Of a stretch of DNA of 32,000 nt, positions 1 to 8,353 are shown piece after piece. Numbering within the stretch: position 1 is the stretch's first letter; each line of letters starts with the position of its first letter. A program made the position numbers and the translations under genes. The notes below the pieces were generated by a model. That model searched no databases and was not told where the DNA came from. It saw only the letters and a program-made list of their open reading frames with translations. The DNA is from Erysipelothrix larvae (GTDB lineage: Bacteria; Bacillota_I; Bacilli_A; Erysipelotrichales; Erysipelotrichaceae), in contig NZ_CP013213.1 of NCBI RefSeq assembly GCF_001545095.1, forward strand, positions 1,140,001 through 1,172,000, in the 5' to 3' direction.

Positions 1-2024
1 GTTCGTGTTGGATTCTTAAATGATGAAACGCCAACACCAAAGGTATATTTACTTGGATTTTGTGGATTGTTGGTACCACCATTAAGCTCATATTTAATTG
101 AGTATTCTTGAGCTTTCCATATCGCTTTAAGGATCTTATTACCAGTTGAAGTTACCGAGATTGACGACACAACATTTCCATGAGCATCTTCCCAGCGAAC
201 AAAGTTGTAACCAGTACGTGTTGCTGGTGCAAATGAAGGAACCCCTACGCCAAAAGTATAGGTTGCAGGATTACTTGGACTGTTTGTACCACCACCGAGT
301 TGATAGGTAATCGTATATTTATTTGCAGTCCATGTTGCAATGAGTTTCTTACTTCCCATATCGGTTGTTGAGATTGATGTTATTGGATTATTGTGATCAT
401 CAACCCAACCTGTAAAGGTGTAACCTACTTTTGTAGGATCCTTAAATGAAGGAACACCAACACCAAAGGTATACTTACTTGGATTTTGTGGATTGTTTGT
501 ACCACCATTAAGCTCATACTTAATTGAGTATTCTTGAGCTTTCCATGTAGCAGTTAGTGTTTTGTTTCCAGTTGCTGTTTTAGATATTGATGTAACTGAA
601 TGGTTGTCTTCATCAACCCAACCCGTAAAGGTATATCCAGTTCGTGTTGGATTCTTAAATGATGAAACGCCAACACCAAAGGTATACTTACTTGGATTTT
701 GTGGATTGTTTGTACCACCATTGAGTACATAAGTGATTGTGTAATCTTGTACTTTCCATACAGCACAGAGCACTTTGTTACCTGTTGCAGTAGTTGAAAT
801 TGAAGTTATCGCATTGTTGTGATCATCAACCCAACCCATAAATGTGTAACCAGTACGTGTTGCTGGTGCGAATGAAGGAACCCCTACGCCATAAATATAG
901 GTTGCAGGATTACTTGGACTGTTTGTACCACCACCGAGTTGATAGGTAATCGTATATTTATTTGCAGTCCATGTTGCAATGAGCTTCTTACTTCCCATAT
1001 CGGTTGTTGAGATTGATGTTATTGAATTGTTATGATCATCAACCCAACCTGCAAAGGTGTAACCAGTACGTGTTGCTGGTGCAAATGAAGGAACACCAAC
1101 ACCATAAGTATAGGTTGTTGGATTACTAGGACTGTTTGTACCACCACCGAGTTGGTAGGTAATTGTATATTTATTTGCAGTCCATGTTGCAGTTAGTGTT
1201 TTGTTTCCAGTTGCTGTTTTAGATATTGATGTAACTGAATGGTTGTTTTCATCAACCCAACCTGTAAAGGTGAAACCTACTTTTGTTGGGTTTTTAAATG
1301 AAGAGACACCAACACCAAAGGTATACTTGCTTGGGTTTTGTGGATTGTTTGTACCACCATTGAGTACATAAGTGATTGTGTAGTCTTGTACTTTCCATAC
1401 AGCGCAGAGCACTTTGTTACCCGTTGCAGTAGTTGAAATTGAAGTTATCGCATTGTTATGATCATCAACCCAACCCATAAATACGTAACCAGTACGTGTT
1501 GCTGGTGCAAATGAAGGAACACCGACACCATAAGTATAGGTTGTTGGATTACTTGGACTGTTTGTACCACCACCGAGTTGGTAGGTAATTGTATATTTAT
1601 TTGCAGTCCATGTTGCAGTTAGTGTTTTGTTTCCAGTTGCTGTTTTAGATATTGATGTAACTGAATGGTTGTCTTCATCAACCCAACCTGTAAAGGTGTA
1701 ACCTACTTTTGTTGGGTCTTTAAATGAAGAGACACCAACACCAAAGGTATACTTGCTTGGGTTTTGTGGATTGTTTGTACCACCATTGAGTACATAAGTG
1801 ATTGTGTAATCTTGTACTTTCCATACAGCACAGAGCACTTTGTTACCCGTTGCAGTAGTTGAAATTGAAGTTATCGCATTGTTATGATCATCAACCCAAC
1901 CCATAAATGTGTAACCAGTACGTGTTGCTGGTGCGAATGAAGGAACACCAACACCATAAGCATAGGTTGCTGGATTACTTGGACTGTTTGTACCACCACC
2001 GAGTTGGTAGGTAATTGTATATGT
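1..2024 (-). repeat. High-identity higher-order repeat zone (units R12-R21) inside the repeat gene
   Basis: Blocks 1141-1566 and 1567-1992 (426 bp, two units each) differ at roughly ten positions counted by eye. The string ccaccaccgagttg recurs at 289, 928, 1141, 1567 and 1993 (spacings 639, 213, 426, 426). Confidence 0.85.
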
Positions 2025-4367
2025 TACTGCAGTCCATGTTGCAATCAGTGTTTTGGTTCCAATCGCGGTTGATGAAATTGAGGTAACTAGGTTGTTGTTT
2101 TCATCAATCCAACCGGTAAATGTATATCCAAAACGTGTAGGGGCTTTAAATGAAGGTACGCCCACTCCATAAGTATATTTACTTGGGTTGAGGGAGTTGT
2201 TTGTACCACCATTGAGAGTATAGTTAATCGCATAGTCTGTTGCTTTCCATACAGCACAAAGTGTTATATTTCCAGTAGAAGTTGGTGCGATTGATGTTAC
2301 AGGATTACCTTGTGGATCTTCCCATCTTACAAAAGTGTAGCCAAGACGTGTTGCTGGTTCAAAAGATGGAACACCAATTCCAAAGATGTATGATGCTGGA
2401 TTATTACTGCTGTTCACACCACCTTTTAAATCATAAGTGATTGTGTAAGATAAAGCAGCCCATGTTGCGATGAGTGTTTTATTTCCAGTATCAGTAGATG
2501 AAATTGAAGTTACAAGTTGATTTGTTTCATTTACCCAACCAAGGAATGCGAAGCCAGGTTTTGTTGCTGGACTAAAGGATGGTACACCAGTACCAAATGT
2601 ATAGGTAGTTGGATTTGATGGGTTGTTAATACCACCATCTAGTACATAGGTAATTAAATATGTATTCAGCGTCCACGTTGCTTTTAGGGTCTTGTTACCA
2701 CTATCTGTCGTTGATATTGAAGTGATTGGATTATTGCTTTGGTCAATCCAACCGGTAAAGCTATAGCCTAATCGTGTTGGATTAGCAAAGGATGCGACTC
2801 CCACACCATATGTGTATTTATTTGGATTGCTTGGATCATTGATACCACCGTTTAATTGGTAGTCAATCGTATATTCGTTTGCTTTCCAAATGGCGATAAG
2901 TGTTTTGTTACCTGTTTCTGTTTTTGAAATGGATGTAACAGTATTGCCACTTGTATCTTCCCACCGTACAAAAGTGTATCCAGTTTTAGTCGCTGGTTTA
3001 AATGAAGATACTCCTACTCCAAATGTATAAGTCGATGGATTATTACTGTTATTTGACCCACCATTGAGTTGATAAGTAATCGTGTAATCCGTAGCTTTCC
3101 AAACAGCACACAATGTCTTATTGCCTGTGGCTGTAGATGAGATTGAAGTAATGGCATTGTCGTGTTCGTCAACCCAACCCATGAATGTATATCCAGGTTT
3201 TGTTGCCGGTCCAAAGGACGCTACGCCGACGCCATAAGCATAGGATGATGGATTGCTTGGATCATTAGTTCCTCCATTAAGTTGATACGTAATGGTGTAA
3301 CTTAAAGCTTTCCAAACAGCTACCAATGTTTTATTGCCAGTTTCTGTTTTTGAAATGGATGTAACAGTATTGCCACTTGTATCTTCCCAGCGTACAAAAC
3401 TATAACCAGGACGTGTTGCTGGGTTGAAGGATGTTACACCAACTCCAAAGGTATATGTTGTTGGATTGCTGCCACTATTGGACCCACCATTAAGTTGATA
3501 CGTTATTGAATAAACTGTTGGTATCCATTTTGCAATCAATTTTTTATTACCAGTATCTGTTGTTGAGATCGAAGTAATGGTGTTATTGTTTTCATTCACC
3601 CACTTGTCGAATGTATAACCCGTTCGTGTTGGATTTGCAAAAGAAGCAACACCAACTCCAACTTGATAGGTTGTTGGATTACTTGGAGCATTCGTACCAC
3701 CATTCAAATCATAGGTAATCGTGTATTGATTTGCTTTCCAAACAGCAGTTAGTGTTTTGTTTCCAGTCGCTGTTTTAGATATTAATGTAATGGCATTGTT
3801 TGACTCATCAATCCATTTTTCGAATGTGTATCCTGTTCTTGTTGCAGCATAGAATGTTGAAACACCAGTTCCATACGCATAGGAAGTAGGATTATTGGAT
3901 GAGTTGGTACCACCACCAAGTACATAGGTAATCGTATAGGTTGTAGGCGTCCATTTTGCATACAGTGTTACAGTTCCAGTAGAAGTGGTTGAAATTGATT
4001 TGATTTCATTACCATTCTTATCAGCCCATTTAACAAATGTATACCCTGTTTTTGTTGCTGGATAAAATGAAGAAACACCAGTACCGTATGTATACGCAGA
4101 TGGATTTTGAGTATTGTTTGTACCACTGTCAAGGTTATATACGATTGAGTATTGAACTCCTACCCATTTCGCAGTGAGTGTGATATCTCCTTTGGTTGTT
4201 TTAGAAATGGATGTTACTTTATTACCAGAACTATCATACCAACCAAGGAATGTATAGTTTGTTTTAGTAGCATCTTTGAAAGAATTCACGCCAACTCCGT
4301 ATGTATAGGTTGTTGGATTTTGACTGTTGTTTGTACCACCATCAAGCTTGTAGGTAATGGAATACTT
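1..4367 (-). repeat. Tandem in-frame 213-bp (71-codon) coding repeat array, units R1 (4367..4155) to R21 (107..<1)
   Basis: Unit starts verified at 4367 (KYSITY), 2024 (TYTITYQLGGG) and 1811 (DYTITYVLNGG). These spacings are exact multiples of 213 bp. Confidence 0.9.
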
Positions 4368-4934
4368 AGTCGTGGACGAGGCAGTTCCGGATAAAGTATT
4401 AACTGTTACTTTTAAGTTTGGGTTAACAAACTGAATGTCTTTCGAAAGATCACCAATTGTTATGGTTAACAGCTTTGTAACGTCAACCTTAGAACTAAAG
4501 GAATCTAAATCGGTTTTTATCGTTCCCACTACAAATGTTTCACCAACAACTGCATCTGAGAATTCTACGAAAATCTTATTGTCTGCAATCCGCCATTTAC
4601 CAATTTCTTTTGTATCATTCAAGAGTGCTTTTGTATCAGATGTGATTGATTGAATGAGCGAAGAATCTGGAAGTGCAATCTCAATTGAGTCACCACTTTT
4701 TAGTGTAGATTCAGTGAGGTTTAAACGGAACTCTAGTTCAAGTCCGAATGAGTCGTCAAGTTTAATGAAAGAATCATTGTCAACGATTGACCCATCGGAA
4801 GCAATGAAATTCCAATGTGTGATCGTAACACTTGATGAATAATCGGAACTAGAGTCTGCAGAAACATTATATGAAAACGCAGAACTTAAGAAAAGAAGGA
4901 CTGCGAATCCTAAACGCATTATTTTGTTTCTCAT
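1..4934 (-). CDS. Secreted cell-surface repeat protein, C-terminus beyond the left window edge: signal peptide, ~160-aa non-repeat N-terminal domain, then 20 complete plus 1 partial tandem 71-aa Listeria-Bacteroides-type (Flg_new / PF09479-like) repeats
   Basis: Absent from the ORF track because it has no in-window stop. Hand translation of the minus strand from ATG 4934..4932 (SD GGAGGAG at 4940-4946, 5-nt spacer) gives MRNKIMRLGFAVLLFLSSAFSYNVSADSSSDY... and stays open down to position 3. The two listed minus ORFs inside it (554..766, 3014..3214) are in a different frame. Repeat pattern xYTITYxLNGGTNxxxNPxxYTxGVGVxSFxxPTRxGYTFxGWxDxxxNxxTSISxTxTGNKTLxAxWxA fits the known List_Bact repeat signature. 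Confidence 0.9.
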   Translation of the reverse strand, partial: MRNKIMRLGFAVLLFLSSAFSYNVSADSSSDYSSSVTITHWNFIASDGSIVDNDSFIKLDDSFGLELEFRLNLTESTLKSGDSIEIALPDSSLIQSITSDTKALLNDTKEIGKWRIADNKIFVEFSDAVVGETFVVGTIKTDLDSFSSKVDVTKLLTITIGDLSKDIQFVNPNLKVTVNTLSGTASSTTKYSITYKLDGGTNNSQNPTTYTYGVGVNSFKDATKTNYTFLGWYDSSGNKVTSISKTTKGDITLTAKWVGVQYSIVYNLDSGTNNTQNPSAYTYGTGVSSFYPATKTGYTFVKWADKNGNEIKSISTTSTGTVTLYAKWTPTTYTITYVLGGGTNSSNNPTSYAYGTGVSTFYAATRTGYTFEKWIDESNNAITLISKTATGNKTLTAVWKANQYTITYDLNGGTNAPSNPTTYQVGVGVASFANPTRTGYTFDKWVNENNNTITSISTTDTGNKKLIAKWIPTVYSITYQLNGGSNSGSNPTTYTFGVGVTSFNPATRPGYSFVRWEDTSGNTVTSISKTETGNKTLVAVWKALSYTITYQLNGGTNDPSNPSSYAYGVGVASFGPATKPGYTFMGWVDEHDNAITSISSTATGNKTLCAVWKATDYTITYQLNGGSNNSNNPSTYTFGVGVSSFKPATKTGYTFVRWEDTSGNTVTSISKTETGNKTLIAIWKANEYTIDYQLNGGINDPSNPNKYTYGVGVASFANPTRLGYSFTGWIDQSNNPITSISTTDSGNKTLKATWTLNTYLITYVLDGGINNPSNPTTYTFGTGVPSFSPATKPGFAFLGWVNETNQLVTSISSTDTGNKTLIATWAALSYTITYDLKGGVNSSNNPASYIFGIGVPSFEPATRLGYTFVRWEDPQGNPVTSIAPTSTGNITLCAVWKATDYAINYTLNGGTNNSLNPSKYTYGVGVPSFKAPTRFGYTFTGWIDENNNLVTSISSTAIGTKTLIATWTAVTYTITYQLGGGTNSPSNPATYAYGVGVPSFAPATRTGYTFMGWVDDHNNAITSISTTATGNKVLCAVWKVQDYTITYVLNGGTNNPQNPSKYTFGVGVSSFKDPTKVGYTFTGWVDEDNHSVTSISKTATGNKTLTATWTANKYTITYQLGGGTNSPSNPTTYTYGVGVPSFAPATRTGYVFMGWVDDHNNAITSISTTATGNKVLCAVWKVQDYTITYVLNGGTNNPQNPSKYTFGVGVSSFKNPTKVGFTFTGWVDENNHSVTSISKTATGNKTLTATWTANKYTITYQLGGGTNSPSNPTTYTYGVGVPSFAPATRTGYTFAGWVDDHNNSITSISTTDMGSKKLIATWTANKYTITYQLGGGTNSPSNPATYIYGVGVPSFAPATRTGYTFMGWVDDHNNAITSISTTATGNKVLCAVWKVQDYTITYVLNGGTNNPQNPSKYTFGVGVSSFKNPTRTGYTFTGWVDEDNHSVTSISKTATGNKTLTATWKAQEYSIKYELNGGTNNPQNPSKYTFGVGVPSFKDPTKVGYTFTGWVDDHNNPITSISTTDMGSKKLIATWTANKYTITYQLGGGTNSPSNPATYTFGVGVPSFAPATRTGYNFVRWEDAHGNVVSSISVTSTGNKILKAIWKAQEYSIKYELNGGTNNPQNPSKYTFGVGVSSFKNPTR
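4368..4856 (-). other. Non-repeat N-terminal domain of the surface protein (~163 aa), possible ligand-binding beta-sandwich
   Basis: Sequence DSSSDYSSSVTITHWNFIASDGS...KSGDSIEIALPDSSL...EIGKWRIADNKIFVEFSDAVVGETFVVGTIKTDL...NPNLKVTVNTLSGTASSTT does not follow the 71-aa repeat pattern. Alternating beta-strand-like pattern; family not recognised with confidence. Confidence 0.5.
4857..4934 (-). other. Sec signal peptide of the repeat protein (26 aa, predicted cleavage after VSA)
   Basis: MRNKIMR (basic n-region), LGFAVLLFLSSAF (hydrophobic core), SYNVSA then DSSS (small residues at -3/-1). Confidence 0.75.
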
Positions 4935-5204
4935 GTTAACTCCTCCTATATCAATGTGCTTGCTCATACCGCGAGAACCAATCCCCACACCCTTTTTTGC
5001 CTCTAAGGTGTCTCATTTAGACGTGGTCAAGTGCATTGTAGATATATTGTAATAGTTATGAGAAACAGCAATTATCTCACTTTTAATGAGTGAACCATCA
5101 GTTTTAAGTCAATTACTTGTGCAATTTCTTTGACTTCTCACAAGGTTTTGGGTTTACTTAAGGTAATGTGCCATAATTTTGCATAATCCATTAAAAAAAC
5201 AGAC

Positions 5205-5243
5205 ACATAAAAAGGTGCTTTCTATACGTGTTAGAAAGCACCT
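5205..5243 (-). terminator. Rho-independent terminator downstream of the YbaK/ProX-like gene
   Basis: 12-bp perfect stem aggtgctttcta (5213-5224) / tagaaagcacct (5232-5243) with a 7-nt loop. On the minus strand it is followed by TTTTTATGTG. Confidence 0.85.
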
Positions 5244-5249
5244 GTATTG

Positions 5250-5720
5250 TTATTCCCAATCTTTGCCTACATCAATCCAATCTATCATATTAGAATGTTT
5301 GACGAGCTCATCTATCGTGAGGTTTATCGTAGATTGTGCATCCCCTGCTGCTGCATGGACATCATGAAATCGTTTGAGTGATATGTCAAGGTAGACCTTT
5401 ATATTATCCTTGACAGCAAAAGGACAAACACCCCCAGGATTATGACCTACACAGGATAGCACTTCAAAAGAGGGAATCATTTTTGCTTTTTGATGAAATT
5501 GCGCACGGTATTTTGGATTGCTGATTTTCGCATCCCCTGCCATCGCAATTAAAACGACATCTTCTTTGACATAAAATGACATTGTTTTCATTATTTGTGC
5601 TGGTTGACAACCGATTACTTGAGCTGCATGGATTACTGTATCTGTTATAATGTCATGCGTTACGATTCTATGATCTAAATTAACGTCTTTGAAGTATTCA
5701 ATTACATTTGATAGTGCCAT
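5250..5720 (-). CDS. YbaK/ProX-family aminoacyl-tRNA deacylase (prolyl-tRNA synthetase-associated editing domain protein)
   Basis: 156 aa. Size and the ...VGHNPGGVCPFAV... motif are typical of free-standing YbaK/EbsC/ProX editing domains. SD AAAGGA lies upstream of the ATG. Confidence 0.7.
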   Translation of the reverse strand: MALSNVIEYFKDVNLDHRIVTHDIITDTVIHAAQVIGCQPAQIMKTMSFYVKEDVVLIAMAGDAKISNPKYRAQFHQKAKMIPSFEVLSCVGHNPGGVCPFAVKDNIKVYLDISLKRFHDVHAAAGDAQSTINLTIDELVKHSNMIDWIDVGKDWE

Positions 5721-5745
5721 CTTAATTCACATCCTTTTGATAAAA

Positions 5746-5774
5746 ATCATAAACTAATTCAAAGAATATGTAAA
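5746..5774 (-). promoter_or_regulatory. Sigma-A-type promoter for the YbaK/ProX-like gene
   Basis: Minus strand TTTACA (5774-5769), 17-nt spacer, TATGAT (5751-5746), about 25 nt upstream of the ATG at 5720. Confidence 0.55.
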
Positions 5775-5814
5775 CAAGGAGGTGCTATATGAGTGATTGA
5801 ACGCTATCTATAGA

Positions 5815-5842
5815 AGACAAAAGAGGTCAATAATATTGATCC
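5815..5842 (-). terminator. Weak candidate terminator after the second M29 aminopeptidase gene
   Basis: Minus strand GGATCAATATTATTGACC forms a 7-bp stem with one bulge and a 3-nt loop, followed by TCTTTTGTCTTC. Confidence 0.35.
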
Positions 5843-5856
5843 TGCACGAATCAGAG

Positions 5857-7083
5857 TTATAGTGTAATATTCCCCTTTTCCATGATGGTGATATCTTCAC
5901 CTTCAAAGGTCTTTCCTACAACTTTCATATCATCACTACCAAACATGAAGTCTACATGGATTAGTGACTGGTTAATACCGCAATCTTCGAGTGCTTCTTT
6001 AGAAAGAGCACTCCCATTTTCTATCAATGGGTATCCGCGACCAAGTGCCATGTGGCAGGATGCATTTTCATCAAAGAGTGTGTTGTAGAATAAAATATTC
6101 ATTTTGGAAATTGGAGAGTCATAAGAAACAAGTGCGATTTCACCAAGACGATTACTGTTATCATCTGTCTTTAAAAGTGCTTGTAATGCCTCTTTTCCTA
6201 CTTTTGCATCAAAGTCGGTGACTTTACCATCTTCAAACTTGAGCCAGAAATCATCGATGAGTCGGCCGTTGTTATTGAGTGGTAGTGTGTTATACACAAT
6301 ACCGTTAACGTTCATGCGATCTGGTGTTGTGAATGATTCCTCAGTTGGGATATTTGCATTAAAAGGAATGCCTTTTGCTGAAGGTTTTCGTCCCCCACCC
6401 CATATATGTCCCTTAACAAGTCCAACGGTTATGTCAGTTCCTTTTGCATTTGTGAAATGAAGGGATTTGAAGTTATAAGTGTTGAGACAATCTCCTTGAT
6501 GTAATAACTGAGCATTATGGAGTTCCCATTCATGCTGTGGATCATTATCTTCACTCACACGACAAGCATATAAAATTGATGCATAAAGCTTATCGTAAGC
6601 ATCGTGCTCATTGAGTGTTGGGAAAACAGCTTTTGCCCATGACATCGTTGGATACGCACAAACAAGCCATTGTCCTTGTGAGCTCATGGAGTATTGGGTA
6701 TAGCGTTCCATTACTTTACCGCGAACTTTTGAATGTTCAAGAACTTTTGAGCTATCAACATCGTTCATAAGGCCTGGATTGGGTGCTCTCAGTGCAAGTC
6801 TCACAAGATCTTCACTAAGATATGAATCAAACTCATCAATCTCCCATTGATTCATCTGTGTCAATGTGTCTAGATCTTGATATATATAATCTAAACGTTG
6901 GAGGTGTTCACTTGCATACTTGACAATAACACGCTTTGCGCCACGTTTATAAGCTGTTTCACTGAGAAGTGTCACAAATTCATAGTGCACCGGTTCTGCG
7001 TGAATGAGTAGTGTTTGTCCTTTTTGAATATTAATTCCGGTATTAATCAATAGATTTGCATATTTTATATCAATTGCTTTCAT
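5857..7083 (-). CDS. pepS: M29-family aminopeptidase (PepS/AmpS type), paralogue 2
   Basis: 408 aa. Aligns along its full length with the upstream paralogue, sharing blocks such as NILFYNTLFDENASCHMALG, MPTEESFT.PDR and EIALVSYDSPIS that are characteristic of thermophilic-metalloprotease M29 aminopeptidases. SD AAAGGAG before the ATG at 7083. Confidence 0.85.
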   Translation of the reverse strand: MKAIDIKYANLLINTGINIQKGQTLLIHAEPVHYEFVTLLSETAYKRGAKRVIVKYASEHLQRLDYIYQDLDTLTQMNQWEIDEFDSYLSEDLVRLALRAPNPGLMNDVDSSKVLEHSKVRGKVMERYTQYSMSSQGQWLVCAYPTMSWAKAVFPTLNEHDAYDKLYASILYACRVSEDNDPQHEWELHNAQLLHQGDCLNTYNFKSLHFTNAKGTDITVGLVKGHIWGGGRKPSAKGIPFNANIPTEESFTTPDRMNVNGIVYNTLPLNNNGRLIDDFWLKFEDGKVTDFDAKVGKEALQALLKTDDNSNRLGEIALVSYDSPISKMNILFYNTLFDENASCHMALGRGYPLIENGSALSKEALEDCGINQSLIHVDFMFGSDDMKVVGKTFEGEDITIMEKGNITL

Positions 7084-7094
7084 AATCGCTCCTT

Positions 7095-7120
7095 TTAAAA
7101 AAAGCGTGAAGAATCACGCT
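7095..7120 (-). terminator. Rho-independent terminator between the two M29 aminopeptidase genes
   Basis: Minus strand AGCGTGA-TTCT-TCACGCT (7120..7103) followed by TTTTTTTAAAAGGAG. Overlaps the stop codon of paralogue 1 by 1 nt and abuts the SD of paralogue 2. Confidence 0.7.
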
Positions 7121-8352
7121 TAGATAATAAAACTTCCATTTTCAAAGATAAGGACTTCTTCATCGTTGTAAGTAATTCCGACAATCTTCATATCTTCGCT
7201 ACCAAACATAAAATCTTCGTGGTTAATTGAATCGTTAGCATGTGCATCGTTTAATTGATCACGAGTCATTGTAGTTCCATTCTTCACATTCATTGGATAA
7301 GAAGCTCCCAATGCCATATGGCAGGATGCATTTTCGTCAAAAAGTGTGTTATAGAATAGGATGTTAAGATTTGAGATTGGTGAGTCATGCGAAATTAAGG
7401 CAATTTCTCCAAGATGACGACTTCCTTCATCAGTATTTAATAAGTGTTCGAGTGTTTCTTTTTCTTTTTTAGCATCAAAATCCACAACTTTTCCATCTTT
7501 AAATTCAAGCCAGAACGCATCAATGAGTTTCCCGTTGTAATTTAAAGGCTTTGTGCTATATACGCGACCATCTACGCGATCACGATCTGGCATGGTAAAG
7601 GATTCTTCGGTTGGCATATTTGGATTAAAGACATATCCTTTTTCTGAAGTTTCTTGACCACCAGCCCAGATATGATCTTTTACTAAACCAACAACAATAT
7701 CGGTTCCAAGTCCATTTGTGAAGTGTAATGATTTAAAGTTATAGTCATTGAGTACTTTGTTTTGATGCGCAAGTGTTGCATTGTGTTTGTTCCAAAGATC
7801 TACGGGATCTGTGTCTTCATCAATACGAACTGTATAAAGGATGGATTCGAGCAGTTTCGAAACACCTTCTTCAGGCGAAAGTTCTGGGAATACAACCTGT
7901 GCCCATTCTTGCGTAGGTAATGAAACAAGTGACCATTGACCACGGTTTGCCATCGTGAATTCTCTAAGGCGTTTTAAAGCTTCACCTTGCGCTTTGGCTT
8001 GTGCTGCTATCTTATTACCATCAACATCGCTTAAAAGCCCTGGCGATGGTGCATACACTGATAAACGACAGAAATCTTCACTCATGTAACTGTCATATTC
8101 GTCCACCAACCATTGTGGCACTTCTGTGAGTGTTTCAATGGATTGATATTCGTAATGATATTTTCCAATGATATCATCAGAAAACTTAACAATAACGCGT
8201 TTTGCGCCAGCTTCATATGCTTCTTCAGTAAGCATGCGTGCAAATTCATAGTGTTCGGCCTTAACGTTAATTAAAAGTACTTGACCTTTTTGAACATTTA
8301 TTCCTGTACGAATTGCCAGTCGTGCATATTTCTTTAATAAATCTTGAATCAT
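7120..8352 (-). CDS. pepS: M29-family aminopeptidase (PepS/AmpS type), paralogue 1
   Basis: The track ORF extends to 8394. However, the ATG at 8352 (MIQDLLKKYARLAIRTGINVQKGQ...) has SD GGAGA 8 nt upstream, sits 1 nt past the glcK stop, and aligns with the N-terminus of paralogue 2. Confidence 0.85.
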   Translation of the reverse strand: MIQDLLKKYARLAIRTGINVQKGQVLLINVKAEHYEFARMLTEEAYEAGAKRVIVKFSDDIIGKYHYEYQSIETLTEVPQWLVDEYDSYMSEDFCRLSVYAPSPGLLSDVDGNKIAAQAKAQGEALKRLREFTMANRGQWSLVSLPTQEWAQVVFPELSPEEGVSKLLESILYTVRIDEDTDPVDLWNKHNATLAHQNKVLNDYNFKSLHFTNGLGTDIVVGLVKDHIWAGGQETSEKGYVFNPNMPTEESFTMPDRDRVDGRVYSTKPLNYNGKLIDAFWLEFKDGKVVDFDAKKEKETLEHLLNTDEGSRHLGEIALISHDSPISNLNILFYNTLFDENASCHMALGASYPMNVKNGTTMTRDQLNDAHANDSINHEDFMFGSEDMKIVGITYNDEEVLIFENGSFII

Positions 8353-8353
8353 C

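Noticed and set aside
554-766. 70-aa minus-strand ORF, together with the similar 66-aa ORF at 3014..3214
   Set aside because: Both lie in an alternative frame of the repeat gene, have low-complexity repeat-derived sequence, and have no SD.
1-4367. Regular 213-bp periodicity that could be mistaken for a CRISPR array or non-coding satellite
   Set aside because: The units are contiguous with no unique spacers. The period is far longer than CRISPR repeats, is a multiple of 3, and is fully in frame within one long ORF encoding a recognisable protein repeat.
4152-4842. Three plus-strand ORFs (80, 72 and 62 aa)
   Set aside because: They are antisense to the N-terminal coding region of the surface protein, have no SD, and show no family resemblance. 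The minus-strand frame is clearly the coding one.
1-4934. The absence of any long ORF in the track suggested a pseudogene or an alternative genetic code
   Set aside because: Hand translation with the standard code gives an uninterrupted frame from ATG 4934 to the window edge. The track evidently lists only ORFs closed by a stop inside the window. All other genes also translate normally with the standard code.
5179-5367. 62-aa plus-strand ORF
   Set aside because: It runs straight through the strong terminator hairpin at 5213-5243 and is antisense to the YbaK/ProX-like gene.
5776-5800. Perfect SD (AAGGAGG) plus ATG on the plus strand followed by only three codons (MSD, then stop)
   Set aside because: It is too short to be meaningful. 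It lies on the opposite strand of the candidate promoter of the YbaK/ProX-like gene and is probably coincidental.
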